A stretch of 64,000 nucleotides of DNA from IMG/VR virus record IMGVR_UViG_3300013307_000015; one strand, given 5' to 3'. A program made the translations under genes and the position numbers. This DNA is from a virus (Duplodnaviria; Heunggongvirae; Uroviricota; Caudoviricetes). This document shows positions 46,633 to 56,802 of this stretch, one piece after another. Under the pieces are notes generated by a model, which was given only the letters and a program-made list of their open reading frames with translations, ran no database searches and was not told the origin of the DNA. How positions within the stretch are numbered: position 1 is the first letter of the stretch; each line of letters begins with the position of its first letter.

Positions 46633-47340
46633 ATGAACGAGTTTGCGGAACCGCCTGATTTCGAGCCCTTGAAGGAACCGGGTCCGAATCCGTTCACACC
46701 GTCCAGTGGTGACACGGGCGGGACGTGGGTGCCGGAGGATCAACAGACCCCCGCGTGGCGCATCTTTAACAAGTTGTACATGTGCCGGCTGTCGGTCTTT
46801 CAGACTCGTTCGCTTGACGACATCGAGTTCTATGGCGTCCCGGTATCTGGGGATAAGGAGTACGATGATACGATGCGCGGTGAAAACCGTCTGTATTACA
46901 AGACGGTCGCGCAGCTGCTCATGTACTTCAAGAACGACGTCGCCATTGGTCTCTTTAAGGTGACCGATGCGAAGCCGATCTACGAAGATTGTCGTGACCA
47001 CATGGCGATGTGGCAGCGCACGCTGTTGCGTTCGCCGAACATCAAACCGACTCAGGACGTGATCGCACAGCTTCAGCTGTTGGATCGATTTGCGAAGACG
47101 GTGTATCCGCATGCCGAATCGCTCTTCACCGAAGAGTTCACGGAATCGATCCTGCTGCGCAGCTTCCGTTCAGTCGGTTTCGGTTTGTCGGGTATCGGTC
47201 TGCCTGCGGCGGCCGTCTCACCGGCTCCGACTGTACCGGAACCCCAGCAGGACGAGGGTCCCGCACAGTCGTTCAGTCACGAGTCGTTTGATTTCGTTGA
47301 TGTGTTTAACCAACGACGCAGTAACTGGCGTGGAGAATAA
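46633..47340 (+). CDS. Conserved hypothetical/virion protein (gp100 position)
   Basis: Start moved to 46633 behind GGAG. Confidence 0.65.
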   Translation: MNEFAEPPDFEPLKEPGPNPFTPSSGDTGGTWVPEDQQTPAWRIFNKLYMCRLSVFQTRSLDDIEFYGVPVSGDKEYDDTMRGENRLYYKTVAQLLMYFKNDVAIGLFKVTDAKPIYEDCRDHMAMWQRTLLRSPNIKPTQDVIAQLQLLDRFAKTVYPHAESLFTEEFTESILLRSFRSVGFGLSGIGLPAAAVSPAPTVPEPQQDEGPAQSFSHESFDFVDVFNQRRSNWRGE

Positions 47341-47342
47341 AC

Positions 47343-48737
47343 GTGGATATTCAGGATTCCGCGCTCTATCGGGAAGTTGCGACCATCATGTCCGACGGCG
47401 TGAAGCCTGTGCATTTCGCTTACGCCGCAGTCATCCACGCAAACAACGCTGATGTCAAGGCGTTGAAGTTTATCCAGTGCGACATCAACCGGGATTACGA
47501 GATGAACTACACGGACGACATCCGTGTCAAGCTCGCGATTCCGGGCGGTGACTTCTGGGCAGGAATCTACCCGTACATGGATAACTTGGAGATCACCCTC
47601 TTCAAGTATCCGTTGGCAGAAGTGGGTGATGCAGGCGATGCCAATCAATCGGTGCAAACCGAGCGATACAAGGCAATCGTCGCGGACATGCCGAATTCCC
47701 CGCTGATGACCAACACGGGAGCGAATCAAGACACACGCAATACGCTGAACCTGAAAGATCTTGCATACGTGGAGTTTCAACTGCTCGATCGCTCCATCTA
47801 CCAGATGCGGATGATGGAGTATGCTAATGGCTTTCGTCAAACGACCGTAGAGAAGGTTTTGCGGGCCGTGATGACGACGGAATCAGCTAAGGTAGTGGTG
47901 GACCAGCAGCGCATCAACCAAGGCGTAGAGATGGTTCCTGCGAACAATCAGGAGGTGCGCGAGCATGTCGTGATCCCGCAGGGTACGTCCTTAGTGAACG
48001 TGCCTGCATGGATTCATCAGAAGTGTGGCGGGGTGTATAGTGCAGGTTTTGGTTACTACCTGCAAAACAATCACTGGTACATCTATCCGTGTTACGATCC
48101 GACGCGTGCAAATAAAACTGCACCAGCCTTGACGATCATCAACACTCCGAAGAATCGCTTCCGTGGCATGGAGCGAACCTATCGGAACGATGGAGGCAAT
48201 CTGGTGATTCTGGCAACGGGCGATGTAGGATTCAACGATCGCTCCAACGCCATGCAGTTAAACCGGGGTAACGGAGTGCGATTCACTGACGCCAGTCAGT
48301 TGATCGATAACTTCGCAACCATCAAGGATGGCGTGCCGATTGCGTCTCGCGGCAAGGTCAATACTGAGGTGGTGACGACTGCCCGCCCTGATGGGTTAAA
48401 TAACGCGCAAACGAGTCCACGCAGGCTCAATGCCAATCCGTTTGTTGAATACTCGGACATGGCCGCGCGTAACGGTTCGATCTTTGGTTTGGTGTGGGAG
48501 AACTCGGAGCCGAGTTTGATCACGCCGGGGATGCTCGTCGCGATTCTGTATCTCGATGGCGATGCATTAACGCAAATCTACGGGGTTGTGCTTAAGGCAC
48601 ATACGTACATCCGCATGCAAGGGCAGGGGATGACTAGCTCCAGACACGCAAGTGATACAGCGATTTCTGTGTTTGTGCAGCGCCCCGTTGGGGATGGTTA
48701 TAATCCTGGACAACAAGGACCCATCCCTTTATCGTAA
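47343..48737 (+). CDS. Virion structural protein, possible baseplate hub (gp101 position)
   Basis: 464 aa, GTG start with GGAG; beta-rich. Confidence 0.6.
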   Translation: MDIQDSALYREVATIMSDGVKPVHFAYAAVIHANNADVKALKFIQCDINRDYEMNYTDDIRVKLAIPGGDFWAGIYPYMDNLEITLFKYPLAEVGDAGDANQSVQTERYKAIVADMPNSPLMTNTGANQDTRNTLNLKDLAYVEFQLLDRSIYQMRMMEYANGFRQTTVEKVLRAVMTTESAKVVVDQQRINQGVEMVPANNQEVREHVVIPQGTSLVNVPAWIHQKCGGVYSAGFGYYLQNNHWYIYPCYDPTRANKTAPALTIINTPKNRFRGMERTYRNDGGNLVILATGDVGFNDRSNAMQLNRGNGVRFTDASQLIDNFATIKDGVPIASRGKVNTEVVTTARPDGLNNAQTSPRRLNANPFVEYSDMAARNGSIFGLVWENSEPSLITPGMLVAILYLDGDALTQIYGVVLKAHTYIRMQGQGMTSSRHASDTAISVFVQRPVGDGYNPGQQGPIPLS

Positions 48738-48749
48738 ATAGGAGAGGGC

Positions 48750-49631
48750 ATGAAGTTCCATGAGAAAGTACAGGAGTTGCACACGCTGATTGACAACTGG
48801 TACATGGATGCACGTAAGGAGTTGAACCTTACAGAGCTTCCACCCAGTCTCTTGTCCAATCTCATGGGCTCCTCTTCAGGGCGAAAGATTAGCGACAGTC
48901 AAGTCGTGACGCCTGGTTTATACCGCTCGCTGGACGGCGGCACAGACGTACAGGTGCTTTCGCAAGACATGCGCACCGGGCTTTTGGTGTTGGAGATGCT
49001 CTCGGCTGAGCCGGAGCAAGTGGATGAACGATTCCAGACTATGAGCCCGAGGATTTTTTCCTCGTTATTTGAACAGAACGACAGTGGGGCTTACCAGAAA
49101 GACGAGTTGGTGGATATCATCCGCACATCCGGTTCGCTGCCTGAATCCGTTCAGAAACAGCACCTCAAAGAACGTGAAGAAAGCTTCTCGTGGGCGAGCA
49201 TCAGCACCACCCACGGCAAGATGGCCGAACGCTACACGCAGCTATTCGAATCCGTCATCAAGGAAAATCAAGAAGAAGCTAAGACGGACTACCTGGAGTT
49301 CCTCTTTCTGGCATTCGTTTTGGGTGCCCGCTTGGGGTTCTCGCCACGACATGACTTCCGAGCGCTTTACTCCGGGGTGTTTTCCCTTAGCGACCGCACC
49401 CTCGAATCGTGTCAGCTCACGCGCAAGTTCTACGATGACATGATGATCGAGACGGAATACGAGGAGTTCAAACTCTTCGATCCGATCCTCGAACAAGCGC
49501 CGCCTGTGCTTTTTTACGTGGTGACTTCCGCTAAAGACCAAACGGGGACTGACGGGGTGACTTATCCGAAAGGATGTTTTTTGCCGTCCCAGTCAGCAGT
49601 TTCACAGCTTCTGAATAAAAAAATAAGTTGA
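48750..49631 (+). CDS. Hypothetical protein, possibly a degenerate MazG-like NTP pyrophosphohydrolase
   Basis: 293 aa; C-terminal VVTSAKDQ...PKGCFLPS recalls phage NTP-PPase-like proteins; weak. Confidence 0.4.
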   Translation: MKFHEKVQELHTLIDNWYMDARKELNLTELPPSLLSNLMGSSSGRKISDSQVVTPGLYRSLDGGTDVQVLSQDMRTGLLVLEMLSAEPEQVDERFQTMSPRIFSSLFEQNDSGAYQKDELVDIIRTSGSLPESVQKQHLKEREESFSWASISTTHGKMAERYTQLFESVIKENQEEAKTDYLEFLFLAFVLGARLGFSPRHDFRALYSGVFSLSDRTLESCQLTRKFYDDMMIETEYEEFKLFDPILEQAPPVLFYVVTSAKDQTGTDGVTYPKGCFLPSQSAVSQLLNKKIS

Positions 49632-49674
49632 ATTCTATGTCTTGATCCATTCCCGTCTTCGTCTGGAAAATCCC

Positions 49675-50214
49675 ATGGCCGATAGTACAACGCCGTATGC
49701 TGGGGAAAGTCCTCAACGTTTGACCGACCTCATCAACAGCGACAACGGGAGCAGTCTTCAGCTAGGGGTAGATTTTACCTTTGGCCCCCCGAGTACCTAC
49801 TCGGACAAGTTGGGTCGCAATACCAAAGTGTCGATGATCCCCGTGCCGGGTTCCCCGTGGACCCATAACGAGGTGATCCATTACACTCGGTTAGCGTTGA
49901 CTGTTCTGAATGACCTGCCTTCGGGTTGGGTCAGAGCTGTTGAGATCCAGAGTATCCCGTTCACGTTGAGTGGGATGCTTGCAGCGATCAATGAAGCCCT
50001 CGGTCTCAATTTGTCAGTCGCTGAAATCGTGGACACTGTCTATGACAATGCCCAGGGTTCTTATCGATTGCCGATCAACAACGCAGTCTCTCTTGCCTGG
50101 ATCGATTCGGAGTTCTCGTTCAAGGCAATTTTCCCCGGAGGTGATATTCCGCTCGCGAGTGCGATAGTAAAGAGCGTCCTCAGCGGCTTGACTTACCTCC
50201 AACCAAGTCCTTAG
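49675..50214 (+). CDS. Tail/baseplate protein, module A only
   Basis: RNTKV...IHYTRL signature; start moved to 49675. Confidence 0.7.
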   Translation: MADSTTPYAGESPQRLTDLINSDNGSSLQLGVDFTFGPPSTYSDKLGRNTKVSMIPVPGSPWTHNEVIHYTRLALTVLNDLPSGWVRAVEIQSIPFTLSGMLAAINEALGLNLSVAEIVDTVYDNAQGSYRLPINNAVSLAWIDSEFSFKAIFPGGDIPLASAIVKSVLSGLTYLQPSP

Positions 50215-50287
50215 TTTAGGTGTGGTTTCACGGCATTCTATGCACCGCCACATCCGGTTTCCGACTTCCTTCTCCTGAGAAATCACC

Positions 50288-50836
50288 ATGGCAAACTTTG
50301 TTTCCGACTACACCAAGTCGGCTCAACAGATCATCATCGATCTGGTGAACAACGACAACACGCTGGCTCTGACGCCGGCCCTCGTGACCTTCGGCGCACC
50401 GACCGCAGCGACCGTGGGTGGCTCAATCACGCGCGATACGGACCTGACGCTCACGGCAGTGGCGGGTTCGGGCTATACCGGCTCGGCCACGATTCACTAC
50501 AACCGGGTCAACCTCGCGAACGTGCCGGGCAGCCGCTCGACCGTGTTCCCGAAGGGCAACGCTGTCAACATTTCCGACCTCTTGCCGGAAATCAACGCCG
50601 CGTACAGCATCAACATGTCGAACACGGCGGATGCGCAACACCCGGACTTCGTCGACGGCCCGCTGCCGACGTTCACGGGCTCGCCGAACGAGCAGCACAC
50701 CTTCCAATTCACGGCCGATGCAAACTCGCTCGTGTGGGAAAACAGTGTCACGCTGACCGTCCATGCGAACGACATCCCGCTGTCTTCGGCGATCGTCAAT
50801 CCGACGCTGAACGGCCTGACCTATACGGCACCGTAA
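50288..50836 (+). CDS. Tail/baseplate protein, module A only
   Basis: RDTDL...GYTGSATIHYNRVNL; strong codon bias suggests high copy number. Confidence 0.75.
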   Translation: MANFVSDYTKSAQQIIIDLVNNDNTLALTPALVTFGAPTAATVGGSITRDTDLTLTAVAGSGYTGSATIHYNRVNLANVPGSRSTVFPKGNAVNISDLLPEINAAYSINMSNTADAQHPDFVDGPLPTFTGSPNEQHTFQFTADANSLVWENSVTLTVHANDIPLSSAIVNPTLNGLTYTAP

Positions 50837-50867
50837 AGCCGCGATTAGCGACTCTCGACCTGGACGA

Positions 50868-50893
50868 GGGAGGGCCGAGTGCCCTCCCTTTTT
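50868..50893 (+). terminator. Intrinsic terminator
   Basis: GGGAGGGC-CGAGT-GCCCTCCC-TTTTT. Confidence 0.8.
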
Positions 50894-50911
50894 ATTTGTT
50901 TAGGGGCACCT

Positions 50912-51712
50912 ATGTCATTGCTTAACGGGACACCTAAAGAGGTTGTGTTGTCGCTGGTTGCTCAGCATAACACGCTTCCTGTTCCTCTCACCGAGGAGAA
51001 TCTGTATTTCGGAGCAGCACGATTTGATACCGACGGCGTAACCTCCATACTACCTGTCACGGCTATGCTGGGCGGGGAGTATGTTGGTTATCAGAATTTC
51101 AAGTACAAGCGGATCAACCTGTCCCAGATTTTTGACGTCGCACCGATCATCTCGGATGTCGGTGGACCGTCGCTGTACTCGATGTTGCCGGCTGTGAATA
51201 AAGTACTCGGGATGAATTTCACCGAGGACGACATTCTCGATACCGATATCGTCCCAATCAACGCGGGCGAGCAAACAAACATCAACATGGTGGCCAAGTC
51301 GAGTTCGGCGGGCTACTCAGGTCAGTTCTTCTTCCGATTCATTCGGCTGCGCATCACCTTCACGAATGCAGTCAAAAGCACCGCACTTCAAACGCTGGTG
51401 TATCCGGGCCATCCGGACGTCACGAAGACGAACCTGTCGATGATGATGTGGGATTTTGATTTCAGCCCCGATGTGGTCGCTGGTACGTTGGCACTGCGAG
51501 GTAGTACGTGGGCGAATCAATCGGCGGTGGCGACCTTGATGCATGAGTTCGGTATCACCGACTGGCCCGCTCCGGTGGTCAACGGGGTGACCGATTACGC
51601 GACCAAGGATTATCCGGGCGCGAACACGGCATTCCAGCGCGTCATTGTGCAGAAAACCGTGAGTGGAAGTACGTACGCGGGAGACGCGCTCTTCCACTAC
51701 AACCCATCGTAA
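50912..51712 (+). CDS. Tail/baseplate protein, modules A+B
   Basis: YVGYQNFKYKRINL; ends FHYNPS; start moved to 50912. Confidence 0.7.
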   Translation: MSLLNGTPKEVVLSLVAQHNTLPVPLTEENLYFGAARFDTDGVTSILPVTAMLGGEYVGYQNFKYKRINLSQIFDVAPIISDVGGPSLYSMLPAVNKVLGMNFTEDDILDTDIVPINAGEQTNINMVAKSSSAGYSGQFFFRFIRLRITFTNAVKSTALQTLVYPGHPDVTKTNLSMMMWDFDFSPDVVAGTLALRGSTWANQSAVATLMHEFGITDWPAPVVNGVTDYATKDYPGANTAFQRVIVQKTVSGSTYAGDALFHYNPS

Positions 51713-51721
51713 GGATTTGAA

Positions 51722-52585
51722 ATGGCGCTTTTTCCCGATCCGTTGACCAGTATTCTGGCAGCCATCTCTGCGCAGAATCCGGGAGTCAGTCTGATTGCGT
51801 CGCAGTACACCTTCGGCAACCCGACTCCCTACACCGATCCGAATGGACTGACCAACACGTCCATGTCGATCACCCCCAATACGCCGGAGTCACCCTACAC
51901 TGGTACGGTGACCGTCACGTATTTCCGTTGGCAGCTGCAAGACCTGCTCAATCAGCTGCCGTTGCCGTTGAAATTTAACGGCCTGAACACTGCGCTTGCC
52001 ATGGCGCAGAAGATGAACACCTACTTCGGTACGAACTTCACCGCAAGCGACATCGTCGATGGCCCGGTGACAGTGGCTGGAGATGGCAGCGGCACGCTCA
52101 CGCTGACCGCACAAGCCAACTCGCTGGGTTGGGTGGGCACCGTCAATCTGCCGTTTGTGCTGGGTAACTTCGATCTCGGTACGGTCATCACGACGACCGC
52201 TTTGCCGGGGCTCATGTATCCGGAACGCGACGAGACGAAGCCGTTCGCAGAAGCGTACTCGTACTGGCGAGACTTCAGCCCGCAAGAGACGCTGCTGGTC
52301 AACCATACGACGGCCGATACGGATCTGACCGACATCGCTACTGCGCTCACGCAGAACGCAGGCAATTCGCAAGTCGTGTGGACAACCACGGGTCAGACGC
52401 GTTATTCGCTTGCAGGCGCGACGATCACCTACAACGGCACCACTGCCGCGTATCCGACCAATAGCGACGGCTCAGCGCGCGTCAATACGTCGTATTCGAA
52501 CGTGATGACGGTGCTGCTTGATCCGGTGCAGAACATCGGCTACACGGGTACGCTCTTCCTGCACTACAACGTGCCGGTGTTTTAA
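51722..52585 (+). CDS. Tail/baseplate protein, modules A+B
   Basis: YTGTVTVTYFRWQL; ends LHYNVPVF. Confidence 0.7.
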   Translation: MALFPDPLTSILAAISAQNPGVSLIASQYTFGNPTPYTDPNGLTNTSMSITPNTPESPYTGTVTVTYFRWQLQDLLNQLPLPLKFNGLNTALAMAQKMNTYFGTNFTASDIVDGPVTVAGDGSGTLTLTAQANSLGWVGTVNLPFVLGNFDLGTVITTTALPGLMYPERDETKPFAEAYSYWRDFSPQETLLVNHTTADTDLTDIATALTQNAGNSQVVWTTTGQTRYSLAGATITYNGTTAAYPTNSDGSARVNTSYSNVMTVLLDPVQNIGYTGTLFLHYNVPVF

Positions 52586-52599
52586 TTAAGGAGTGAATG

Positions 52600-53436
52600 A
52601 TGGCAAACGTCTTTACTCCGTCCGAGCAGAGGCTGACTGATCTGCTCAACATCACGAATTTGCCACCGAAGCTGTTCGACAACACGCGTCTGACGTACGG
52701 TACGCCAGAAGCGGTGACGGGACAATCAGGTTACGACACGCAAGTGTTGGCCACTGCTATTCCCGGCATGGGGTATTACGGTGAGCAGATGGTCTACTAC
52801 TCGCGCATTCAGCTGAGTGTGCTGGCAGGTCAGGTCAATCTGTTCGACACCGACCCGTTCACGTTGGACAAAATCGTCTCGATGCTCAATGGTCAATTCG
52901 ACACGTTTTTGAGCACATCGGATCTGCAACCGATGACCATTCCACCGCTTTCGGCTGGTCAGTTCGAGACGATTACGCTGGTGGCAGCCTCGACTTCGAT
53001 TGGCTGGCAAGGACAAGTCGACATCGTGATCACGTATGGCAAGCCGCAATTGCCTGCGGTGATTGGCAGTCGTTCTCTGCGTGTGCTGAAATGGCCGGAT
53101 TACCCGTATCGCAACGGGATCGAGTTCATGTGGAACATCGATTTCACCTCGTTCCGGGATGCGCTTAAGCTCAAGCAGTACGCGCCGGGCACATGGTTCA
53201 CGTACTGGGGATTTACCGATTACGAAGCGATTGCAGATGTCTGCCATCGACTCGGTGTGCCGTGGTTCCCGGCTCCTCAGTGGAATCAGCAAGTCGCCGA
53301 TTATGCAACGTCGGCTATCGCTGGTGCCAATACCGCATTCGATCGCGTGGTGGTGATGGGTCCCATCCAAGGTGGCTTGTTTAACAAGTACGATGGGTAC
53401 ATGTATTTCCACTACAACAACTTTGACAAGGCTTGA
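52600..53436 (+). CDS. Tail/baseplate protein, modules A+B
   Basis: YYGEQMVYYSRIQL; ends FHYNNFDKA. Confidence 0.7.
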   Translation: MANVFTPSEQRLTDLLNITNLPPKLFDNTRLTYGTPEAVTGQSGYDTQVLATAIPGMGYYGEQMVYYSRIQLSVLAGQVNLFDTDPFTLDKIVSMLNGQFDTFLSTSDLQPMTIPPLSAGQFETITLVAASTSIGWQGQVDIVITYGKPQLPAVIGSRSLRVLKWPDYPYRNGIEFMWNIDFTSFRDALKLKQYAPGTWFTYWGFTDYEAIADVCHRLGVPWFPAPQWNQQVADYATSAIAGANTAFDRVVVMGPIQGGLFNKYDGYMYFHYNNFDKA

Positions 53437-53438
53437 AA

Positions 53439-54419
53439 ATGGGACTCTACACCAAGACATCTCAGCAGATGTTGTTTGACCTGCTCAATGCGAGCAACCC
53501 GTCGATGCCGTTTCCGGTCTCGTCATCGAACGTCAAGTTCGGCACGGTATCGACTGTCACGCCTTCGGGCGGAGCCATTCAGGACACAGCGGTCAAGGTA
53601 ATCGCACTGCCGGGCAGCCCGTACGTCGGCAATCAGGCACTGACGTATCGTCGCCTGAACGCGACGGTGCTGTTCCGTTCGGTACCGCTGCGTATCGACC
53701 TGTATTCATCGGCCAACACTAGCACGTCGCCGTACAAGATGAGCCAGCTGCTGCCGTACATCAACGCGAAGTACGGTCTGAATCTGCAAGCGTCCGACAT
53801 CGTTGATGTGAACTTCCCGGCGGGTAACACGAACGCCAACGCTGCGTATGGCGTAGCGGCTGGCACGCGCAACGCAGTCGCAACGCTTACGTTCACGACC
53901 GCGAACTACGCGTGGTTGGGCAACATCAACGTGTGCTGGGTGCAAGCACCGCAAGATCTGTCCACGCTGCTTGCAACGTCGTCGCTGGAAACGGCACTGA
54001 CCTATCCGGGTCAACGCGACGTGGTGAACAACACGGTGTACGTGCCCAACCTCGACGTGTACTACCAAGACTTCACCGATCAGTTCACCACGCTGTGGGG
54101 TACGCCGCTTGCATCCACCGTTCCGGGTTATAACAACTCGGCAATCGCGACCAACACCAACAGTATCACGGGCCTGCTCAACGCCATCAACGCCCTCACG
54201 GGTAAAACCTACACGGTCGGCCAAGGCACGCCGGCAGGTAGTCAAGCGATGGATTTGACGGGTGCCGTGATGACGAAGGTGGACCTGACTCAAGCGGCCA
54301 ACCAAACCCTGTATCCGGAATCGGATTACAGGTACTACAACAGCATGCTGTACATCAAGCTGACGGCTGGAACCAACACGTGGGGCGCAGGCGACATGAT
54401 GCTCCACTACAACGCTTAA
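53439..54419 (+). CDS. Tail/baseplate protein, modules A+B
   Basis: YVGNQALTYRRLN; ends LHYNA. Confidence 0.7.
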   Translation: MGLYTKTSQQMLFDLLNASNPSMPFPVSSSNVKFGTVSTVTPSGGAIQDTAVKVIALPGSPYVGNQALTYRRLNATVLFRSVPLRIDLYSSANTSTSPYKMSQLLPYINAKYGLNLQASDIVDVNFPAGNTNANAAYGVAAGTRNAVATLTFTTANYAWLGNINVCWVQAPQDLSTLLATSSLETALTYPGQRDVVNNTVYVPNLDVYYQDFTDQFTTLWGTPLASTVPGYNNSAIATNTNSITGLLNAINALTGKTYTVGQGTPAGSQAMDLTGAVMTKVDLTQAANQTLYPESDYRYYNSMLYIKLTAGTNTWGAGDMMLHYNA

Positions 54420-54429
54420 AGGGTGAATC

Positions 54430-55335
54430 ATGAGTCGATTTCAATGGCCTTCGCTCACAGCTTTGCTGGACGCCATCAACACCGCGAACACTACCGTGCT
54501 GGCTTCCTCGGATGTGTCGTTCTCGAACCCGAAGGTGATCACTGGCGGCACATGGCAGGGCATTGCGAGCGATCGCAATACGGCGATTCAGGTGACCGGT
54601 AACGGCGTCACGTACAAGGGTAACAAGGTTATCCAGTACAACCGTAAGGACATCTCGCAGCTTCTGAATCTGCCGAGCTTCAAGATGGCGGTGTACAACA
54701 TCAACACCGTCTGGGACCTCATCCCGTACTTCGCGTACTGGACGGGGATCAAGTTCGTGCAGGGCGACCTCATCAACGACCCGGTGACGGGGTTGACGAA
54801 CAACGCCGGGCAGATCACGGTGCGTGCTGACCCCAACTCGCTGGGTTGGATCGGACAGGTAACGATGACGGTCACGCAGGGCGGTATCGGCCTTGACACG
54901 GCCGTGCAGACCGCTGCGCTCACGGGTCTCAACTACCCGGTCTCCGATGTTTCGGCTCCGCCTGCTTCGGCCACGTACGGTCCGGTGTATCTGTACCCGT
55001 ACGACTTCTCGGCCAACACCAGCACGTTCCTCAGCTGGACTCCGGGCGTGCTCACGCAAGCCCAAGCCGATACGCTTGTCGCAGCCCTCAAGGCAGTCGA
55101 CATCGGATCGGGCGCAGCGCTGTGGAACGACGTCGCGTCGGGCAACTCAGGCTACACGGCGTGGAACTTGACGGGTGCAACGATCGTCTCGAACGGTCTG
55201 AACAACGCCAACACCATGCCGACCAACCCGAGCTACAAGTATGCGATGGTCCTCCAACTGCGTTCGGATGTGACGGTTCCGAGCGGTCTGTTGTACATTC
55301 AGTACAACGATCCGTTCAACCCGAACAACTTCTAA
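54430..55335 (+). CDS. Tail/baseplate protein, modules A+B
   Basis: YKGNKVIQYNRKDI; ends IQYNDPFNPNNF. Confidence 0.7.
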   Translation: MSRFQWPSLTALLDAINTANTTVLASSDVSFSNPKVITGGTWQGIASDRNTAIQVTGNGVTYKGNKVIQYNRKDISQLLNLPSFKMAVYNINTVWDLIPYFAYWTGIKFVQGDLINDPVTGLTNNAGQITVRADPNSLGWIGQVTMTVTQGGIGLDTAVQTAALTGLNYPVSDVSAPPASATYGPVYLYPYDFSANTSTFLSWTPGVLTQAQADTLVAALKAVDIGSGAALWNDVASGNSGYTAWNLTGATIVSNGLNNANTMPTNPSYKYAMVLQLRSDVTVPSGLLYIQYNDPFNPNNF

Positions 55336-55345
55336 GCGCCATGTC

Positions 55346-55370
55346 GCTCTGGAGGCAACCCCTCCAGAGC
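55346..55370 (+). terminator. Hairpin
   Basis: GCTCTGGAGG-CAACC-CCTCCAGAGC. Confidence 0.55.
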
Positions 55371-55387
55371 GCAAAACGAGGTGTTGA

Positions 55388-56269
55388 ATGTTTCCATACA
55401 AAGCTACACAGTACGACACCTTCATGGCGCTGGTGCAGGCATCCAATCCTGGGTTGGACATTGCACCGCTGACTTCTGACCAACTGCGTGCGCTGGTTCC
55501 GACAACGATCACAGCGGATGCTTTTGGGCGGGACACATCCGTGCGCCTGATGGTGCGGCCGAATAACAGCAAGTATTTCGGTACGCAGACGGTTACGTAT
55601 CGCCGGATCAATCTGGCGAACTATTTCCGGAACATGGTGTTGACGCTTGACGATTACGTCGCAAGCGGTAACCTGCTGGCCGCGCAATTTGTGTCGTCCT
55701 TCAACGCGAAGTACGGCACTGCGCTTGTCACGACTGATTTCGCAGCAACAAGTTTTGTATCGGGCTCACTTACGACAGTGCCGATGCTGGGGGCCTCGAT
55801 CTGTTACGAAGGTTCGTTTCAGGTTACGTGGACCAAGGGTAAGCAGCAGATCGCTTCAGCGGTGAGCAATCCGGTTCTCACGGGACGATTGTATCCGGGC
55901 GGTAACACCATGCCGCCTAATAAGCCAGTAGCTGATTTCCTGACGTATAACTTGGATTGTTCATCGATCAAAGCTGCGTTGGGTGGTCTGTCCTCTGGCG
56001 GTACGATTACCCCGACCAACTGGAATACCGCGAACAGCATCTACGCGACGATTCTGGCTTTCTTGCAGCGGGCTCGTCCGGATCTGAATTTGAGCGGTGC
56101 TGATTCAGCCACCACGGGTGGCTTAGGGAATCTGGTGGCTACCCGCTACACGATCCCCTCGGCAGCGGTGCAAGGCGCTAACAGTGCCAAGTACACGACG
56201 CTGGTGACGATCCAGTCGGTGTCAGGGTCGTGGTTCAAAGGGATGTTCTATCTTCACTACAACGCTTAA
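55388..56269 (+). CDS. Tail/baseplate protein, modules A+B
   Basis: YFGTQTVTYRRINL; ends LHYNA. Confidence 0.7.
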   Translation: MFPYKATQYDTFMALVQASNPGLDIAPLTSDQLRALVPTTITADAFGRDTSVRLMVRPNNSKYFGTQTVTYRRINLANYFRNMVLTLDDYVASGNLLAAQFVSSFNAKYGTALVTTDFAATSFVSGSLTTVPMLGASICYEGSFQVTWTKGKQQIASAVSNPVLTGRLYPGGNTMPPNKPVADFLTYNLDCSSIKAALGGLSSGGTITPTNWNTANSIYATILAFLQRARPDLNLSGADSATTGGLGNLVATRYTIPSAAVQGANSAKYTTLVTIQSVSGSWFKGMFYLHYNA

Positions 56270-56281
56270 CGGGAGGGCGTC

Positions 56282-56788
56282 ATGAGTTTGTATCAAGCAT
56301 CGCAAGACGACCTTTCGTTGATGCTTTCAGTAGCTGTTGGTGCGACTGTCAACAGTGCGGACTATACCGTCCTTGGCGTGCGTCCGACTACGACGGCTGA
56401 GCAAAGCGGAGTGGCGGGAGGCAAGAACAGCAAGGCGCGTGTGTCGATGAAATCGAGTTCCACGTACCGGGGCTATGTCGATGTGTATTACGATCGACTG
56501 GACTTGGGTGCGTTGACGAACTTCTCACCCATCAAAACGGTGGCATCAGCAGGTACGGATATCTCGGCACTGCTCACGCAGATTCGCGATATGTACGGCA
56601 TCAACTTCACGATGGCGGATCTTGCAGATACACAGACGCAAGATGACGGCTCGGGAACAGGTGCCTCGACTTTACTGCTGCAAGCTTTGTCGACCTCCAT
56701 CGGCTGGATCAACAGCGTCACCATCAAGTTCGCCCCGCTGCCTGACATCAGTACGGCGTTCAACTCGCCGGTCATGCCGGGCTTCTAA
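56282..56788 (+). CDS. Tail/baseplate protein, module A only
   Basis: YRGYVDVYYDRLDL. Confidence 0.7.
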   Translation: MSLYQASQDDLSLMLSVAVGATVNSADYTVLGVRPTTTAEQSGVAGGKNSKARVSMKSSSTYRGYVDVYYDRLDLGALTNFSPIKTVASAGTDISALLTQIRDMYGINFTMADLADTQTQDDGSGTGASTLLLQALSTSIGWINSVTIKFAPLPDISTAFNSPVMPGF

Positions 56789-56802
56789 ACGAAGGGTAGA
56801 AA

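Noticed and set aside
23632-50912. Long N-terminal extensions in the ORF track (23632, 25921, 30556, 36780, 37512, 42144, 45198, 49642, 50879; likewise 6449 and 19847 earlier)
   Set aside because: They run through terminators, promoter-like regions or neighbouring genes, while downstream ATGs have clear SD sequences; starts were reassigned.
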